Assembly (NCBI GenBank): GCA_963822585.1
Contig: CAWGIE010000036.1
Coordinates: 160,001-224,000 of the forward strand
Origin: an uncultured bacterium
GTDB lineage: Bacteria; Auribacterota; Erginobacteria; Erginobacterales; Erginobacteraceae
Direction of reading: 5' to 3'
DNA: 64,000 bases
The stretch's first letter is position 1. The number at the start of each line of letters is the position of its first letter. Below, in pieces: positions 51,285-61,122 of the stretch. Both the position numbers and the translations under genes were made by a program. The notes under the pieces were generated by a model, which did no database searches, was not told where the DNA came from, and saw only the letters and a program-made list of their open reading frames with translations.

Positions 51285-51968
51285 GTGATAAGGAAACTTG
51301 CGGCAGCGGCAATGGTGCTGGCGCTCGCCGGCCTGGTTATCCCGGGGGGAAAAGCGCGCGCCGGAGATGACTGGGAATGGTGGCTCTACACGCCGGTCGG
51401 CGCCAAAATCACCAAGGAAGTTAAAGCGGACGTGACCGGGATGTTCCGCTGGAAGAACGACATGAAGGATTATTATTACCGGAGCGTCATCGCCAGCGCT
51501 TACTATTCCCTGCTTCCCTGGATGGAAGTCGGGGCCTCTTACTGGTATAAAGAGTCCCGCAAGACCAAGGATGACCCCTGGAGTTACGTCAATACCTACA
51601 TCGCCCGGCTCAATTTCAAATATTCACCGACGGACTGGCTCACCCTCAAGGAAGCCAACCGGCTTGAATATGATAATGCCATCTACCGGTGGAAACTCCG
51701 GGCCAAGCCCGTGGCGGAGTTTCCGCTGTCCTGGCTGGGTTTGAAACAGATCAAGCTGTTCGTGGACAACGAATTTTTCTTTGCCTTCGATTACCCGAAC
51801 GATCTGGACACCTTCTCCGAAAACCGCGCCTCCATCGGGGTCGACGCAGCGATCCTGGGACCCGTGGGAGCCTCCGTCGCCTACCGGAACGTGGGCAAAA
51901 AATCAGCATCCACCGGGAACTGGGATTTCGCTAACGTTCTGGCGACCTATGCGAAACTATCCTTTTAA
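51285..51968 (+). CDS. Outer-membrane beta-barrel protein (DUF2490-like)
   Basis: SD GGAGG; signal peptide ending ARA; amphipathic aromatic strands; NEFF and ENR motifs; C-terminal YAKLSF. Confidence 0.75.
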   Translation: MIRKLAAAAMVLALAGLVIPGGKARAGDDWEWWLYTPVGAKITKEVKADVTGMFRWKNDMKDYYYRSVIASAYYSLLPWMEVGASYWYKESRKTKDDPWSYVNTYIARLNFKYSPTDWLTLKEANRLEYDNAIYRWKLRAKPVAEFPLSWLGLKQIKLFVDNEFFFAFDYPNDLDTFSENRASIGVDAAILGPVGASVAYRNVGKKSASTGNWDFANVLATYAKLSF

Positions 51969-52138
51969 TTTGATCTCTGCCCATCTTTGACAGGCCGAGG
52001 AGCCTGTCCCAGTAATGATCTCCGACGCGCTGCCCGCCACTTGCAAGCGAATCAAAGCGCGAGGCCAAAGCCGGTAAGGATAGCAATGTACTATCCTGAA
52101 TTATTCGTATTCTCATCGATAGCAGAGGGAATGGAGAA

Positions 52139-53137
52139 ATGAGCATAAAAAAAATTACGCCGGCAGTATTGTGGCTGCTTCTCGGTTTCAGCTTCATAAC
52201 CGGCGGCCAGACCGAGGAGGGAAAGACCGGGAGGGTGATCATCTTCCATGCCGGGAGTCTCTCGGTTCCCTTCGACGAGATGGAGAAAAATTTTGAGAAA
52301 GCACACCCCGGTATTGACATCGAAAGGGAATCGGGCGGCAGCCAGGCCTGCGCCCGCAAGATCACCGACCTGAAAAAACCCTGTGACATCATGGCCTCCG
52401 CCGATTACCGGGTGATCGACAAATTTCTCATCCCGGCCTACGCCGGCTGGAATGTTCGTTTCGCCACCAACCAAATGGTCCTGGTATACACCGACCGCAG
52501 CAAGTACGCCGATACGATCAACCAGGATAACTGGTTCGATATCCTGGCGAAGGAAGGGGTGGTCTGGGGCCATTCCGATCCGAATGCGGACCCCTGCGGC
52601 TATCGGGCCCTGATGGTCATCCAGCTGGCGGCGATCTATTACAAAAAGCCTGACCTCTTTCAGCAACTAACCGGGAATCGGCCGGAAGAAAATATCCGCC
52701 CCAAGGCGGACGAGCTGATTTCTCTCCTGCAGGCCGGGAAGATGGATTACGCCTGGGAGTATCGATCGGTGGCCGTGCAGCGGCGATTAAAGTACCTGGA
52801 GCTGCCGGCGGAGATCAATCTGGGCGATCCCGCGCTCGATGACTATTATCGGCAGGCCCGGGTTACTGTGGCCGGGAAAAAACCCGGTGAATTCATCGAT
52901 CTGCGGGGGAACTCAATTACCTATGGCGTAACCATGCTTCAGGCAGCCCCCCAACGCCCGGCGGCGGAGCTTTTTCTTCGCTACCTGCTATCGCCTGAGG
53001 GGGGGCTGAAAATCCTCCGGGAAACCGGACAGTCACCCATTTCTCCTCCGGTCGTAGCTTCCCGGAAGATGCGGGAACTGCTCCCGGCGCAGCTGCGGTC
53101 CCTGGTCGTTCCCGTCTCGATAGACACTCCCCGATGA
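52139..53137 (+). CDS. wtpA: Tungstate/molybdate ABC transporter substrate-binding protein
   Basis: FHAGSLSVPF, ASADY, DPNADPCGYRA, WEYRSVA, ITYGVT. Confidence 0.92.
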   Translation: MSIKKITPAVLWLLLGFSFITGGQTEEGKTGRVIIFHAGSLSVPFDEMEKNFEKAHPGIDIERESGGSQACARKITDLKKPCDIMASADYRVIDKFLIPAYAGWNVRFATNQMVLVYTDRSKYADTINQDNWFDILAKEGVVWGHSDPNADPCGYRALMVIQLAAIYYKKPDLFQQLTGNRPEENIRPKADELISLLQAGKMDYAWEYRSVAVQRRLKYLELPAEINLGDPALDDYYRQARVTVAGKKPGEFIDLRGNSITYGVTMLQAAPQRPAAELFLRYLLSPEGGLKILRETGQSPISPPVVASRKMRELLPAQLRSLVVPVSIDTPR

Positions 53138-53296
53138 ATATCGTGAGCCCGGATGCAGGGAGATCATCGATTCGTTTATGCGGGGAGCGTAAAGATGTAA
53201 CCGGTGGTGGCAGTAAGTTTCCTTTCCGGTGGGACAATCTCATCTGGATAGCGTGATATTATTCACACAGGATGATTTTCCATTAATCATTCCGCC

Positions 53297-53758
53297 ATGG
53301 AAAAAACCCGTTCAAGCCAGCCGGGCAAGATCGTGGAGATACGGATCGGTCGGGAGAAGGGAGCCCCCCGGACCCTTATCCGGGAAGGTTATTTCAAAGC
53401 CGATTTCGGTCTGACCGGCGACGCCCGCTCCGGGCCGGGAGAAAAACAGGTGACCATCCTGGGGAGAGAGGGGCGGGCAAAGCTGGGGAACATGTCCGAA
53501 GAGGGTCTCTGTTTCAAGCGGTTCGCGGAAACAATAACCACCGAGGGGATCGACCTCTTTAGATTCCCGGCCGGGACCAGGATAAAAATCGGGGAAAGCA
53601 TACAGGAGATCAGCCGGGCGAAAAAAAAGTGCTACCCGGAATGCGATCTGATCAAGAAAAAAACCCCCTGCGTCATGCCGGCGGAAGTTGTCTTCACCCG
53701 GGTCATTAAGGGGGGAACGGTCCGGGTCGGTGACGTGGTCACGATTCTAAAGAATTAA
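53297..53758 (+). CDS. MOSC domain protein
   Basis: GLTGD, RFAETITTEG, KKCYPEC..CVMP, VIKGGTVRVGD. Confidence 0.85.
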   Translation: MEKTRSSQPGKIVEIRIGREKGAPRTLIREGYFKADFGLTGDARSGPGEKQVTILGREGRAKLGNMSEEGLCFKRFAETITTEGIDLFRFPAGTRIKIGESIQEISRAKKKCYPECDLIKKKTPCVMPAEVVFTRVIKGGTVRVGDVVTILKN

Positions 53759-53900
53759 CCGGGAAAAACGCGTTGCCCGGCCATGCCCCCATAGTAAATA
53801 TCCAACAACCAATTCTTACATTTCAGTGGCTGACTGATTACCGATAACCGATTACTTTTCCCCGGTTTCCGGTGATGGGAAATTCCAGTCGCTTCCCCTT

Positions 53901-54365
53901 TTACGGAGATGGTTTTTCGGGGGGGGTCTGCGTGGGCTGGGCCATCATCGAGATGCCTTCCTTGCTGTCGATTGCCTCGAAGATCATCTCGGCGGCGAAG
54001 CGGGCCAGCTCGCTGTCGAGAGAAACCACATCCAGGCGGGTCCGGTCGGGCCCCTCTTCCTTGAAGAAAAACCCCACCTCCGTGGTGTCGACACAGCGGG
54101 GGTAGACGCGGTTCCACCACATGGCCGTCACATACCGGCTACCGGGGCGGTCGAGGTAAATGTAGAGCTGTTTCTCCTCCAGGACCTCGATCAGGGCGGC
54201 ATAGCTCTCATCGAATCCGGCCAGGACGATGCCGCTGAATCTGCCCTTCTCCTCCTCTTCCAAGGACTGGATGGAGGTGCCGATGACGCGCCGACCCATC
54301 TCGACAGGAGAGCAGGCCACTATAATAAATGAGAAACAGACACCAATGTATAGAATCTTCCGCAT
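53901..54365 (-). CDS. Putative lipoprotein of unknown function
   Basis: MRKILYIGVCFSFIIVA-C lipobox-like signal. Confidence 0.65.
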   Translation of the reverse strand: MRKILYIGVCFSFIIVACSPVEMGRRVIGTSIQSLEEEEKGRFSGIVLAGFDESYAALIEVLEEKQLYIYLDRPGSRYVTAMWWNRVYPRCVDTTEVGFFFKEEGPDRTRLDVVSLDSELARFAAEMIFEAIDSKEGISMMAQPTQTPPEKPSP

Positions 54366-54638
54366 CTAATTACCATTCCTGGCAGCTAAAATCTCAGACA
54401 CTGTTAATGACGAATGACGAATGAAATCCAAATGATAAATGAAAAAATTCCCCATTTATCCGCCGCGGCCCTGCGGGGGCGATGGGGTCGTATTTGGTTA
54501 TTCAATAATTTGGTTTTGTCATTCTTTCCTCATTCATCATTCGGATTTCGTCATTCTAAATTGTTTCCCATTTATTTTAATCCATTATATTAGAAAAACA
54601 CCCATTATTTTTATCCGGGCCTGGAAATCAATTGATTT

Positions 54639-55961
54639 TCATGCCCGGATAAAAATAGAGTCGGGGAAGACGTGTTCCACCGTCCCGCTGATGCTGGCGT
54701 GAATCGGAGCCCCCAGGGCATCGGGCGGAACATCGCCGATCATCTTTCCCTCCTCGACCCGGTCGCCGTCGGCTACCAAGGGCCGGCAGGGGACGCCCAC
54801 ATGCTGCTGAAGGGGAATATTAACCCGCTTGACAAAAAGCGGTTCCTTCTGAAGAGGGGCGTCCCGGTCATACTTCTTGACACCGATGCGGGAAGCGAAC
54901 CGGGAGACCGGAATCTTCCGACCGTCCTTGAACGGATGAGGGGTCAGATCAGCGTTCCGGAGGGTCTTCTCGACCCCCTTCTCTTTCATCGTCTTCATCA
55001 GGCCGGCGATCACTTTATCCGGCGAGATGGTGGTGGGACAGGCATACATGCCGCAGACGCCGCACTGGCAGCAGAGGTAGGCCTTGGCCAGGTCTTCGGG
55101 CGGGATGCAGTCCGCCCGCTGCTGGCCGACCAGCCTCATGATGATGTGAGGCTCCATCCGATGGCCGTTCAGGTAGCGCGGACAATGATCGGTGCAATAA
55201 CGGCACTGATCGCAGGCCCAGGCGGCCATTTTAACATCATTTTCAATCGCCCGGCGCTTATAAAGAACCTGTTTGTGGTCTTTCGGAAGCACGATCAGAC
55301 CGGTGGTTTTCTTGGATATCTGTCCGGCGGAAAAACCCCCCATGATCGGGCCGCCGTCCAGCACTTCGTATTCATCGACGGTGGCCCCTCCGGCGGCGGC
55401 GATGATGTCTTCCACAAAAGCCCCGACGGGAACGGAGAGGGTGATCGGACGCCTCACCTCACCCGCGACCGTCAAGGCCCGGTGAGTGACCGGCTGCCCC
55501 CGGGCGGCCCGGCAGACGTTGATCAGCGTCCCCACGTTGTCCACGACCACGCCGACGTCCATCGGGATCCCCCCTTCCGGGACCAGGAGCCCGGTCACTT
55601 CGTAAACCAGGATGTGTTCATCGCCGGCCGGATAATAGCTCCCCATCAGGAAAAGCTCCACCCGCGAATCCCGGCGGGCGATCTCCCCCCGGAGGGCGTC
55701 GACCGCCCCCTGATATTTCTTCTTGAGCGCGATGACGACTTTCGAGGCCCCCACCGCCTCTCCCATCAGCTCCAGCCCCTCGATCAATTCAGAGGCGCCG
55801 GAGATCATCAACTGTTGATCGACCCGGAGAAGGGGCTCGCACTCGGCACCGTTGGCGATCACCCACCGGGCCCGGGCGGAGGCTTTCACATGAGTGGGAA
55901 ACCCGGCCCCCCCGGCGCCCACGACCCCGGCCCTTTTAACCTGTTCCGCCAGCGTGTTCAT
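54639..55961 (-). CDS. RnfC/PduS-like SLBB and 4Fe-4S flavoprotein
   Basis: GVVGAGGAGFPTHVK, NGAECEP, YPAGDE, CDQCRYCTDHCP, CCQCGVC; C-terminal PLQQHVG...IHASISG barrel. Confidence 0.88.
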   Translation of the reverse strand: MNTLAEQVKRAGVVGAGGAGFPTHVKASARARWVIANGAECEPLLRVDQQLMISGASELIEGLELMGEAVGASKVVIALKKKYQGAVDALRGEIARRDSRVELFLMGSYYPAGDEHILVYEVTGLLVPEGGIPMDVGVVVDNVGTLINVCRAARGQPVTHRALTVAGEVRRPITLSVPVGAFVEDIIAAAGGATVDEYEVLDGGPIMGGFSAGQISKKTTGLIVLPKDHKQVLYKRRAIENDVKMAAWACDQCRYCTDHCPRYLNGHRMEPHIIMRLVGQQRADCIPPEDLAKAYLCCQCGVCGMYACPTTISPDKVIAGLMKTMKEKGVEKTLRNADLTPHPFKDGRKIPVSRFASRIGVKKYDRDAPLQKEPLFVKRVNIPLQQHVGVPCRPLVADGDRVEEGKMIGDVPPDALGAPIHASISGTVEHVFPDSIFIRA

Positions 55962-55964
55962 GAC

Positions 55965-56525
55965 CTATGAATCCCTCAACAGGCTCAACGCTTCCGCCCG
56001 TGTTCTCTCATCACGGCGAAAATTTCCCCGGACCGCCTCGGTCTTGACCAGGGTCCCCGGTTTTTTCACCCCCCGCATGTTCAGGCAGAGATGTTCCGCT
56101 TCTATCTGGACCAGGACACCCCTCGGCCGGAGCTTCTCCATGAGAAGATCGGCGATCTCGGTTGTCATCCGCTCCTGGACCTGAAGGCGTCGGCTGAACA
56201 GTTCCACCACCCTGACCAAAGTGCTGAGACCGGTGATCATGCTCTCCTTGGGGATATAAGCGATATGAACTCTCCCGAAAAACGGGAGGAGATGATGTTC
56301 GCAAATGGAATAAAAAGGGATATCCTTGAGAAGTACGATCTCGTCAAAACCGGGACAGGGGAAAACCCTGATTTCCGGGGCGATCTCCCTCCCCACCCCT
56401 TCCAGTATTTCCCCGCACATCTCGGCTACCCGGCCGGGCGTATCTTTCAGACCGGGCCGGGATGGGTCTTCACCGATCGCCTGCAGAAGATCGCTGACCG
56501 CTTTTTTTATCTTTTCCTGATCCAT
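55965..56525 (-). CDS. folE: GTP cyclohydrolase I
   Basis: GLKDTPGRVA, CEHHLLPFFG, RLQVQER, HLCLNMRG. Confidence 0.96.
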   Translation of the reverse strand: MDQEKIKKAVSDLLQAIGEDPSRPGLKDTPGRVAEMCGEILEGVGREIAPEIRVFPCPGFDEIVLLKDIPFYSICEHHLLPFFGRVHIAYIPKESMITGLSTLVRVVELFSRRLQVQERMTTEIADLLMEKLRPRGVLVQIEAEHLCLNMRGVKKPGTLVKTEAVRGNFRRDERTRAEALSLLRDS

Positions 56526-56674
56526 TTACAACTTACCCCCGTTCATCATATCACTTACTAAACAGATGATTACTTTCTATGGTTCCCTCCGCCGCGACCC
56601 CTTTATAAAACAGACGATTGAATGTGATTGAATAGGAAAATAAGTACTCTATCAATCTAATGCTTTATACATTC

Positions 56675-57484
56675 TTATTTTCCTGAAGGGGAAACAAGTC
56701 TTTCGATTATATTGCGGGGGCAGACTTCAATACATTTACCACAATTGATACACTTCTCATAATCGATTCTGGCCAGGTTGTCTTGCAGGGTAATCGCCTC
56801 GACCGGACATTCCTTCACACACTTGCTGCAGGCGATGCAGCCGACCGAACAGACTTTCACCACCGTTTTCCCTTTAGCCAGAGAAGAACAGAGTATGTCC
56901 ACGGAAGCTTTTTTGGGAATAAGTCGGATGATTTTCCTCGGGCAATGCTGCACGCAAAGCCCGCAGGAACGGCATTTTTCCGGGATAACCACGGGGTTGC
57001 CGCGTTCGTCGATCCGGATCGCGTCAAAGGGGCAAATTTTCCGGCAGGTGTAATACCGGAGGCAGCCATAATCGCAGGCGGAAACGCCCCCCCCAATCTG
57101 ATTAGCGGCGGCACAGTTCTGGATACCGGCATATTCATACCTGCGGGCGGCGTCATAGCCGCCCCGGCAGAAGATCCGAGCTTCCAGCTTCTCCTCCTCT
57201 TCCAGCAACTTTCCCAGCAGGCCGGCGATCTCCTTCCGGCATTCCGGGGAAGCGACCGGACACACCGAAGGCTCGGCTTTGCCGTCCAGCAGCGCCCGGG
57301 CGCAGTCCACGCAGCCCCCATAACCACAGGCGCCGCAGTTGAGCTGAGGCAGCAGTTCTTCGATTTTCTCCAGGCGGGGATCGATATGGGCGTAAAAAAC
57401 CCGGCTCCCGACTGCCAGTCCCAGCCCGAAGATCAAACCCAGAACGCTGATTGTCAGCACCGCTGCCAGTATCTCAGTCATCAA
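56675..57484 (-). CDS. rnfB: Rnf complex subunit B
   Basis: N-terminal TM, LPQLNCGACGYGGC, multiple CxxCxxC motifs. Confidence 0.95.
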   Translation of the reverse strand: MMTEILAAVLTISVLGLIFGLGLAVGSRVFYAHIDPRLEKIEELLPQLNCGACGYGGCVDCARALLDGKAEPSVCPVASPECRKEIAGLLGKLLEEEEKLEARIFCRGGYDAARRYEYAGIQNCAAANQIGGGVSACDYGCLRYYTCRKICPFDAIRIDERGNPVVIPEKCRSCGLCVQHCPRKIIRLIPKKASVDILCSSLAKGKTVVKVCSVGCIACSKCVKECPVEAITLQDNLARIDYEKCINCGKCIEVCPRNIIERLVSPSGK

Positions 57485-57609
57485 TGATCCCTGCTTAAAA
57501 ACGTATCACCACGAAGAAAAAAATTAGAGAGAGTATATTTTGCTTTCTTACCAACCTTCGTGTACTTCGTGTCCTTCGTGGTTCAACAGGTTTTACTATA
57601 TACAATCTT

Positions 57610-58266
57610 TTAAATAAGGCCCGAGAATCCCAGGAACGCCATCGACATCAGGGCCGCGATCAGGAAAGCGATCGGCGCCCCGCGAAGAGCCGGCGGGACG
57701 TCGGCCAGTTCCAAACGTTCCCGGATGGATGCCATCAAAAGCAACGCCAGGGTAAATCCCACCCCGGCGCCGAAACCCTGCACCAGACACTTGAACAAAC
57801 TCCCCCGGACGGCCTCTCCGCCCTGGAAGAAGGTGTCGATATTCAACACTGTCACCCCGAGAACTGCGCAGTTGGTGGTGATCAGGGGGAGGTAGATCCC
57901 CAGCGCCCGATAAAGAGCGGGGCTGCTCTTGGTAATAACCATCTCCACCAGTTGGACCAGGGCGGCAATGACCAGGATAAAAGCGATTGTCCGCAGATAG
58001 CTGAAGTCGAAGGCCGCGGGTTCCATCCCATCGCCCCAGAGGCAAAACCAGAGGTTATGGGGACCCGGGGCCAGAAGATAGCGGTAAATAAACCAGGTGG
58101 CGGCCGAAGCCATGGTCATCACGAAGATGACCGCGAGCCCCATTCCGGCGGCCGACTTCAGGTCCTTGGAGACCCCGATGTACGGGCAGATGCCCAGGAA
58201 GCGGACCAGGACAAAGTTGTTGACCAGGACCACCCCGATGAAAATGATAAACAGCTCGCCGATCAT
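57610..58266 (-). CDS. rnfA: Rnf complex subunit A
   Basis: [33 protein letters not shown]. Confidence 0.96.
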   Translation of the reverse strand: MIGELFIIFIGVVLVNNFVLVRFLGICPYIGVSKDLKSAAGMGLAVIFVMTMASAATWFIYRYLLAPGPHNLWFCLWGDGMEPAAFDFSYLRTIAFILVIAALVQLVEMVITKSSPALYRALGIYLPLITTNCAVLGVTVLNIDTFFQGGEAVRGSLFKCLVQGFGAGVGFTLALLLMASIRERLELADVPPALRGAPIAFLIAALMSMAFLGFSGLI

Positions 58267-58502
58267 GACATCTTAGTTACTCATTGCCTACAGACGATTA
58301 GTTCAATTCCCCACCCCACCCCCCCCGCCCCCTTTTTTAACAGACGATTGTCGTAGATCCGGCAGTTTTTGACGGAAATGTGATTGGATAGGACCTCTTC
58401 CCTCTACCTCAGCCCCGTTCGTTCGCTGCCCGCGGGTAAATTTGATATTATTCCTCCGGCGGAGTTCAGTTTTTTTCCAATCCACTGATCACCGATTACT
58501 GG

Positions 58503-59114
58503 TTACTGATTACCGATTTCAGCCTCCTTGGCTTCGCGCCGGGAGCGGATGAGGGCGAACAAGCCCAGGAGAAGACCGATGGTCAGGAAAGCTCCCGGGG
58601 GTAAAATCATGATCATGGCCGGCCGGAATCCCGGGACCAGTTCATAGCCAAGCAGCGCGTTCGACCCCAGGATCTCCCGGATCGTCCCCAGCAGCAGCAG
58701 AGAGAGGGTGAACCCCATACCCATCCCCAGGCCGTCAGCCAGGGAAAGTAAAACCGGGTTCCGGGAGGCGAATGCTTCCGCCCTCCCCAGGATAATACAG
58801 TTGACCACGATCAGAGGTATGAATATTCCCAGCCTGAGAAAAAGCGGGTAGGTATATGCCTGCATCACCAGTTCGACAACCGTGACAAAAGTAGCGATGA
58901 CAACGATGAAACAGGGGATCCGGATTTTTTTCGGTATAAACTTTCTGATCAGGGAGACGATCAGGTTGGAAAAAACCAGTACAAACGTGGTCGCGGCGCC
59001 CATACCGACCGCGTTGGAAACGGAGGTCGAGACCGCCAGGGTTGGACAGAGCCCGAGAAGGAGGATAAAAACCGGGTTCCGCTTGAGAATACCCTTGGTA
59101 AATTCCTTAATCAT
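58503..59114 (-). CDS. rnfE: Rnf complex subunit E
   Basis: LLGLCPTLAVS, FIPLIVVNCIILGRAEAFA, LPPGAF. Confidence 0.96.
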   Translation of the reverse strand: MIKEFTKGILKRNPVFILLLGLCPTLAVSTSVSNAVGMGAATTFVLVFSNLIVSLIRKFIPKKIRIPCFIVVIATFVTVVELVMQAYTYPLFLRLGIFIPLIVVNCIILGRAEAFASRNPVLLSLADGLGMGMGFTLSLLLLGTIREILGSNALLGYELVPGFRPAMIMILPPGAFLTIGLLLGLFALIRSRREAKEAEIGNQ

Positions 59115-59731
59115 TATTTTTCTTTCTGTTCTTTGAGAAAGGCTTCCACGCTCTCCCGGACCGCGTCCGTCACCGCCCGGCTGGTGATGGTGGCGCCGGT
59201 TAAAGCCTGAATCTCGGTATCGGTGGGGCCGGTGACCACGTGTAGGTCTTTCACCATCTTCCCGGCAAATTGATCTTCGAACCAGGGGCGCCCCGGTTCG
59301 GCGCCGGCTCCGCGACCCAGAAGCGCCTGCCAGAAAGTGCGGGTAGTGGGGACCTCGACCGCCTTGGTGCCCAGTCCCGGGGTTTCTTTCTGCTCGACGA
59401 TTTGAATCCCGGCAACCGTACCCGTCGTATCCACCCCCACCATGACCTTGATCATACTGCTGTAGCCTTTGGCTTCGCCCTGGAAAGCGTACCCCACCAC
59501 CGTACCCGTATCATCGAGGCCCCGGTAAAAGTTTATCTCGCTCCCCCTTTCGAGGCCGGAAAAGCGGGTGGCTAAAGGGAGGACGATCCGCAATGCCTGC
59601 AACTGATCATCCCGGGCCCTTTCCTCAATGATGCCCCGGGTGAGATGATAGGCGCCCGCCAGAGCGATCCCCGCGATCAGGCAGATCCCCATCAGTATAA
59701 ATCCCAGTTTATATATCTTTTCCTGCTCCAT
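59114..59731 (-). CDS. rnfG: Rnf complex subunit G
   Basis: N-terminal TM, KGYSS, ETPGLG, FMN-attachment motif TGAT. Confidence 0.95.
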   Translation of the reverse strand: MEQEKIYKLGFILMGICLIAGIALAGAYHLTRGIIEERARDDQLQALRIVLPLATRFSGLERGSEINFYRGLDDTGTVVGYAFQGEAKGYSSMIKVMVGVDTTGTVAGIQIVEQKETPGLGTKAVEVPTTRTFWQALLGRGAGAEPGRPWFEDQFAGKMVKDLHVVTGPTDTEIQALTGATITSRAVTDAVRESVEAFLKEQKEK

Positions 59732-60005
59732 TATAAATTAGCTCGCTGCACTCGCAAATTTATAAGTTTTGAACAATGACCGAATTGATTCCTCCGGGGC
59801 AAAGAAATTAAAGGATTTCTTTTGCGCATCGGCTGACATTAAACCTTGATTACCGAGATCTGCTGTCGGTCAAAGTACATATTTCTTATTTTCCCGAAGA
59901 AAAAACAAGATTTCGGAATCTCACTATAATCAATACACTTTGGTATTGCCCACTTTAATTCTTCTGACGCATCCTCAAATAAACGTAAATTTTTCGCAGA
60001 AAAAT

Positions 60006-61001
60006 TTACGTGCCGAAAATACGCGGCCGAACAAATTTGTCGATCAGGGGGGTGAAGGCGTTCATGATCAAAATCGCATAACAGACCCCTTCCGGGAACC
60101 CCCCGTAGAGACGGATGATCGCCGTAATCAGTCCGCAACCGAGGCCGAAAATGAACATTCCGGTCCCGGTTACCGGCGAAGTAACCATATCGGTGGCCAT
60201 GAAAATGGCGCCCAGAAGCAGCCCTCCCCCCAGAATATGCTGGTAAGGGGTGAGCGAGAGCGCCCCCTCTTTGACGGGGAGGATCCAGGTCAGGAGCGCC
60301 ACCGTTCCGATAAAGGAGACCGGGGTCTGCCACCGGATGTAACCCCGGATCAGAAGAAAGCCTCCGCCGATCAAAAGGGCCAGCGCCGAGGTCTCCCCGA
60401 TACAACCGCCGATATTTCCCCAGAACATGTCCATCGTTGAAAAAACCCCGTTCGGGGAGGGGATCAGGGCGGATATCCCTTCTTTGGCCGCCCCCAGGGG
60501 GGTCGCGTAGGTGAGCGCGTCGAGGTGGGCATAGAGCGCGGTCCGGGGAGGAGTCCAGGTAGTCATCTGCGGAAGCCAGGAATGCATCACGAAAACCCGG
60601 CCCACCAGGGCCGGATTGAAAATGTTGTGTCCCAGACCGCCGAAGGCCTGCTTTCCCACCGCGATGCCGAAGGCGGCGCCGACAGCCGGGAGCCAGAGAG
60701 GGACCCCCACCGGGAGGTTGAAGGCCAGAAGAAGCCCCGCCACCGCCGCGCTGCCGTCGGCGACAGTCACCGGACGACCGCGCAGTTTCTGGATCAGCGC
60801 TTCGGTCAAAATCGCCGAGACGACGGCGACGATCTCGATCTGAAGGGCTTTGAAACCGAAAAAGTAGAGACTGGCCAGGAGAGCCGGGAGCAGTGAAATC
60901 ACCACCGCCCACATCACCCGGGGGATGGTCTCGCCGCCGTGAAACTGCGGGGCGGGGGTGACCTGAAAGAGCCGTTCCTTCTTGTTATTATTCAAAGCCA
61001 T
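60006..61001 (-). CDS. rnfD: Rnf complex subunit D
   Basis: KQAFGGLGHNIFNPAL, TYATPL, GCIGETS, FMATD. Confidence 0.96.
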   Translation of the reverse strand: MALNNNKKERLFQVTPAPQFHGGETIPRVMWAVVISLLPALLASLYFFGFKALQIEIVAVVSAILTEALIQKLRGRPVTVADGSAAVAGLLLAFNLPVGVPLWLPAVGAAFGIAVGKQAFGGLGHNIFNPALVGRVFVMHSWLPQMTTWTPPRTALYAHLDALTYATPLGAAKEGISALIPSPNGVFSTMDMFWGNIGGCIGETSALALLIGGGFLLIRGYIRWQTPVSFIGTVALLTWILPVKEGALSLTPYQHILGGGLLLGAIFMATDMVTSPVTGTGMFIFGLGCGLITAIIRLYGGFPEGVCYAILIMNAFTPLIDKFVRPRIFGT

Positions 61002-61122
61002 AAATCATTTGATTTTTTAATAAATATCCAAAGGATATGAAGGAGTAATGGAATAGTGGAATAATGGAGTATTGGAAAGCCGTTTCCCCGGCACCCCATT
61101 ACTCCAACACTCCCCCACTCCA

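Noticed and set aside
53252..53267. CRP/Rex-like site CGTGA-N6-TCACA upstream of the MOSC gene
   Set aside because: A single short match with no cognate regulator in the window; it could be chance.
54639..55961. Bacterial microcompartment locus
   Set aside because: No shell protein genes are nearby.
35451..55970. Long plus-strand ORFs (35451-36692, 38843-40165, 46923-47924, 48204-49439, 54672-55970)
   Set aside because: These are antisense shadows of well-supported minus-strand genes in GC-rich DNA, with no recognisable motifs.
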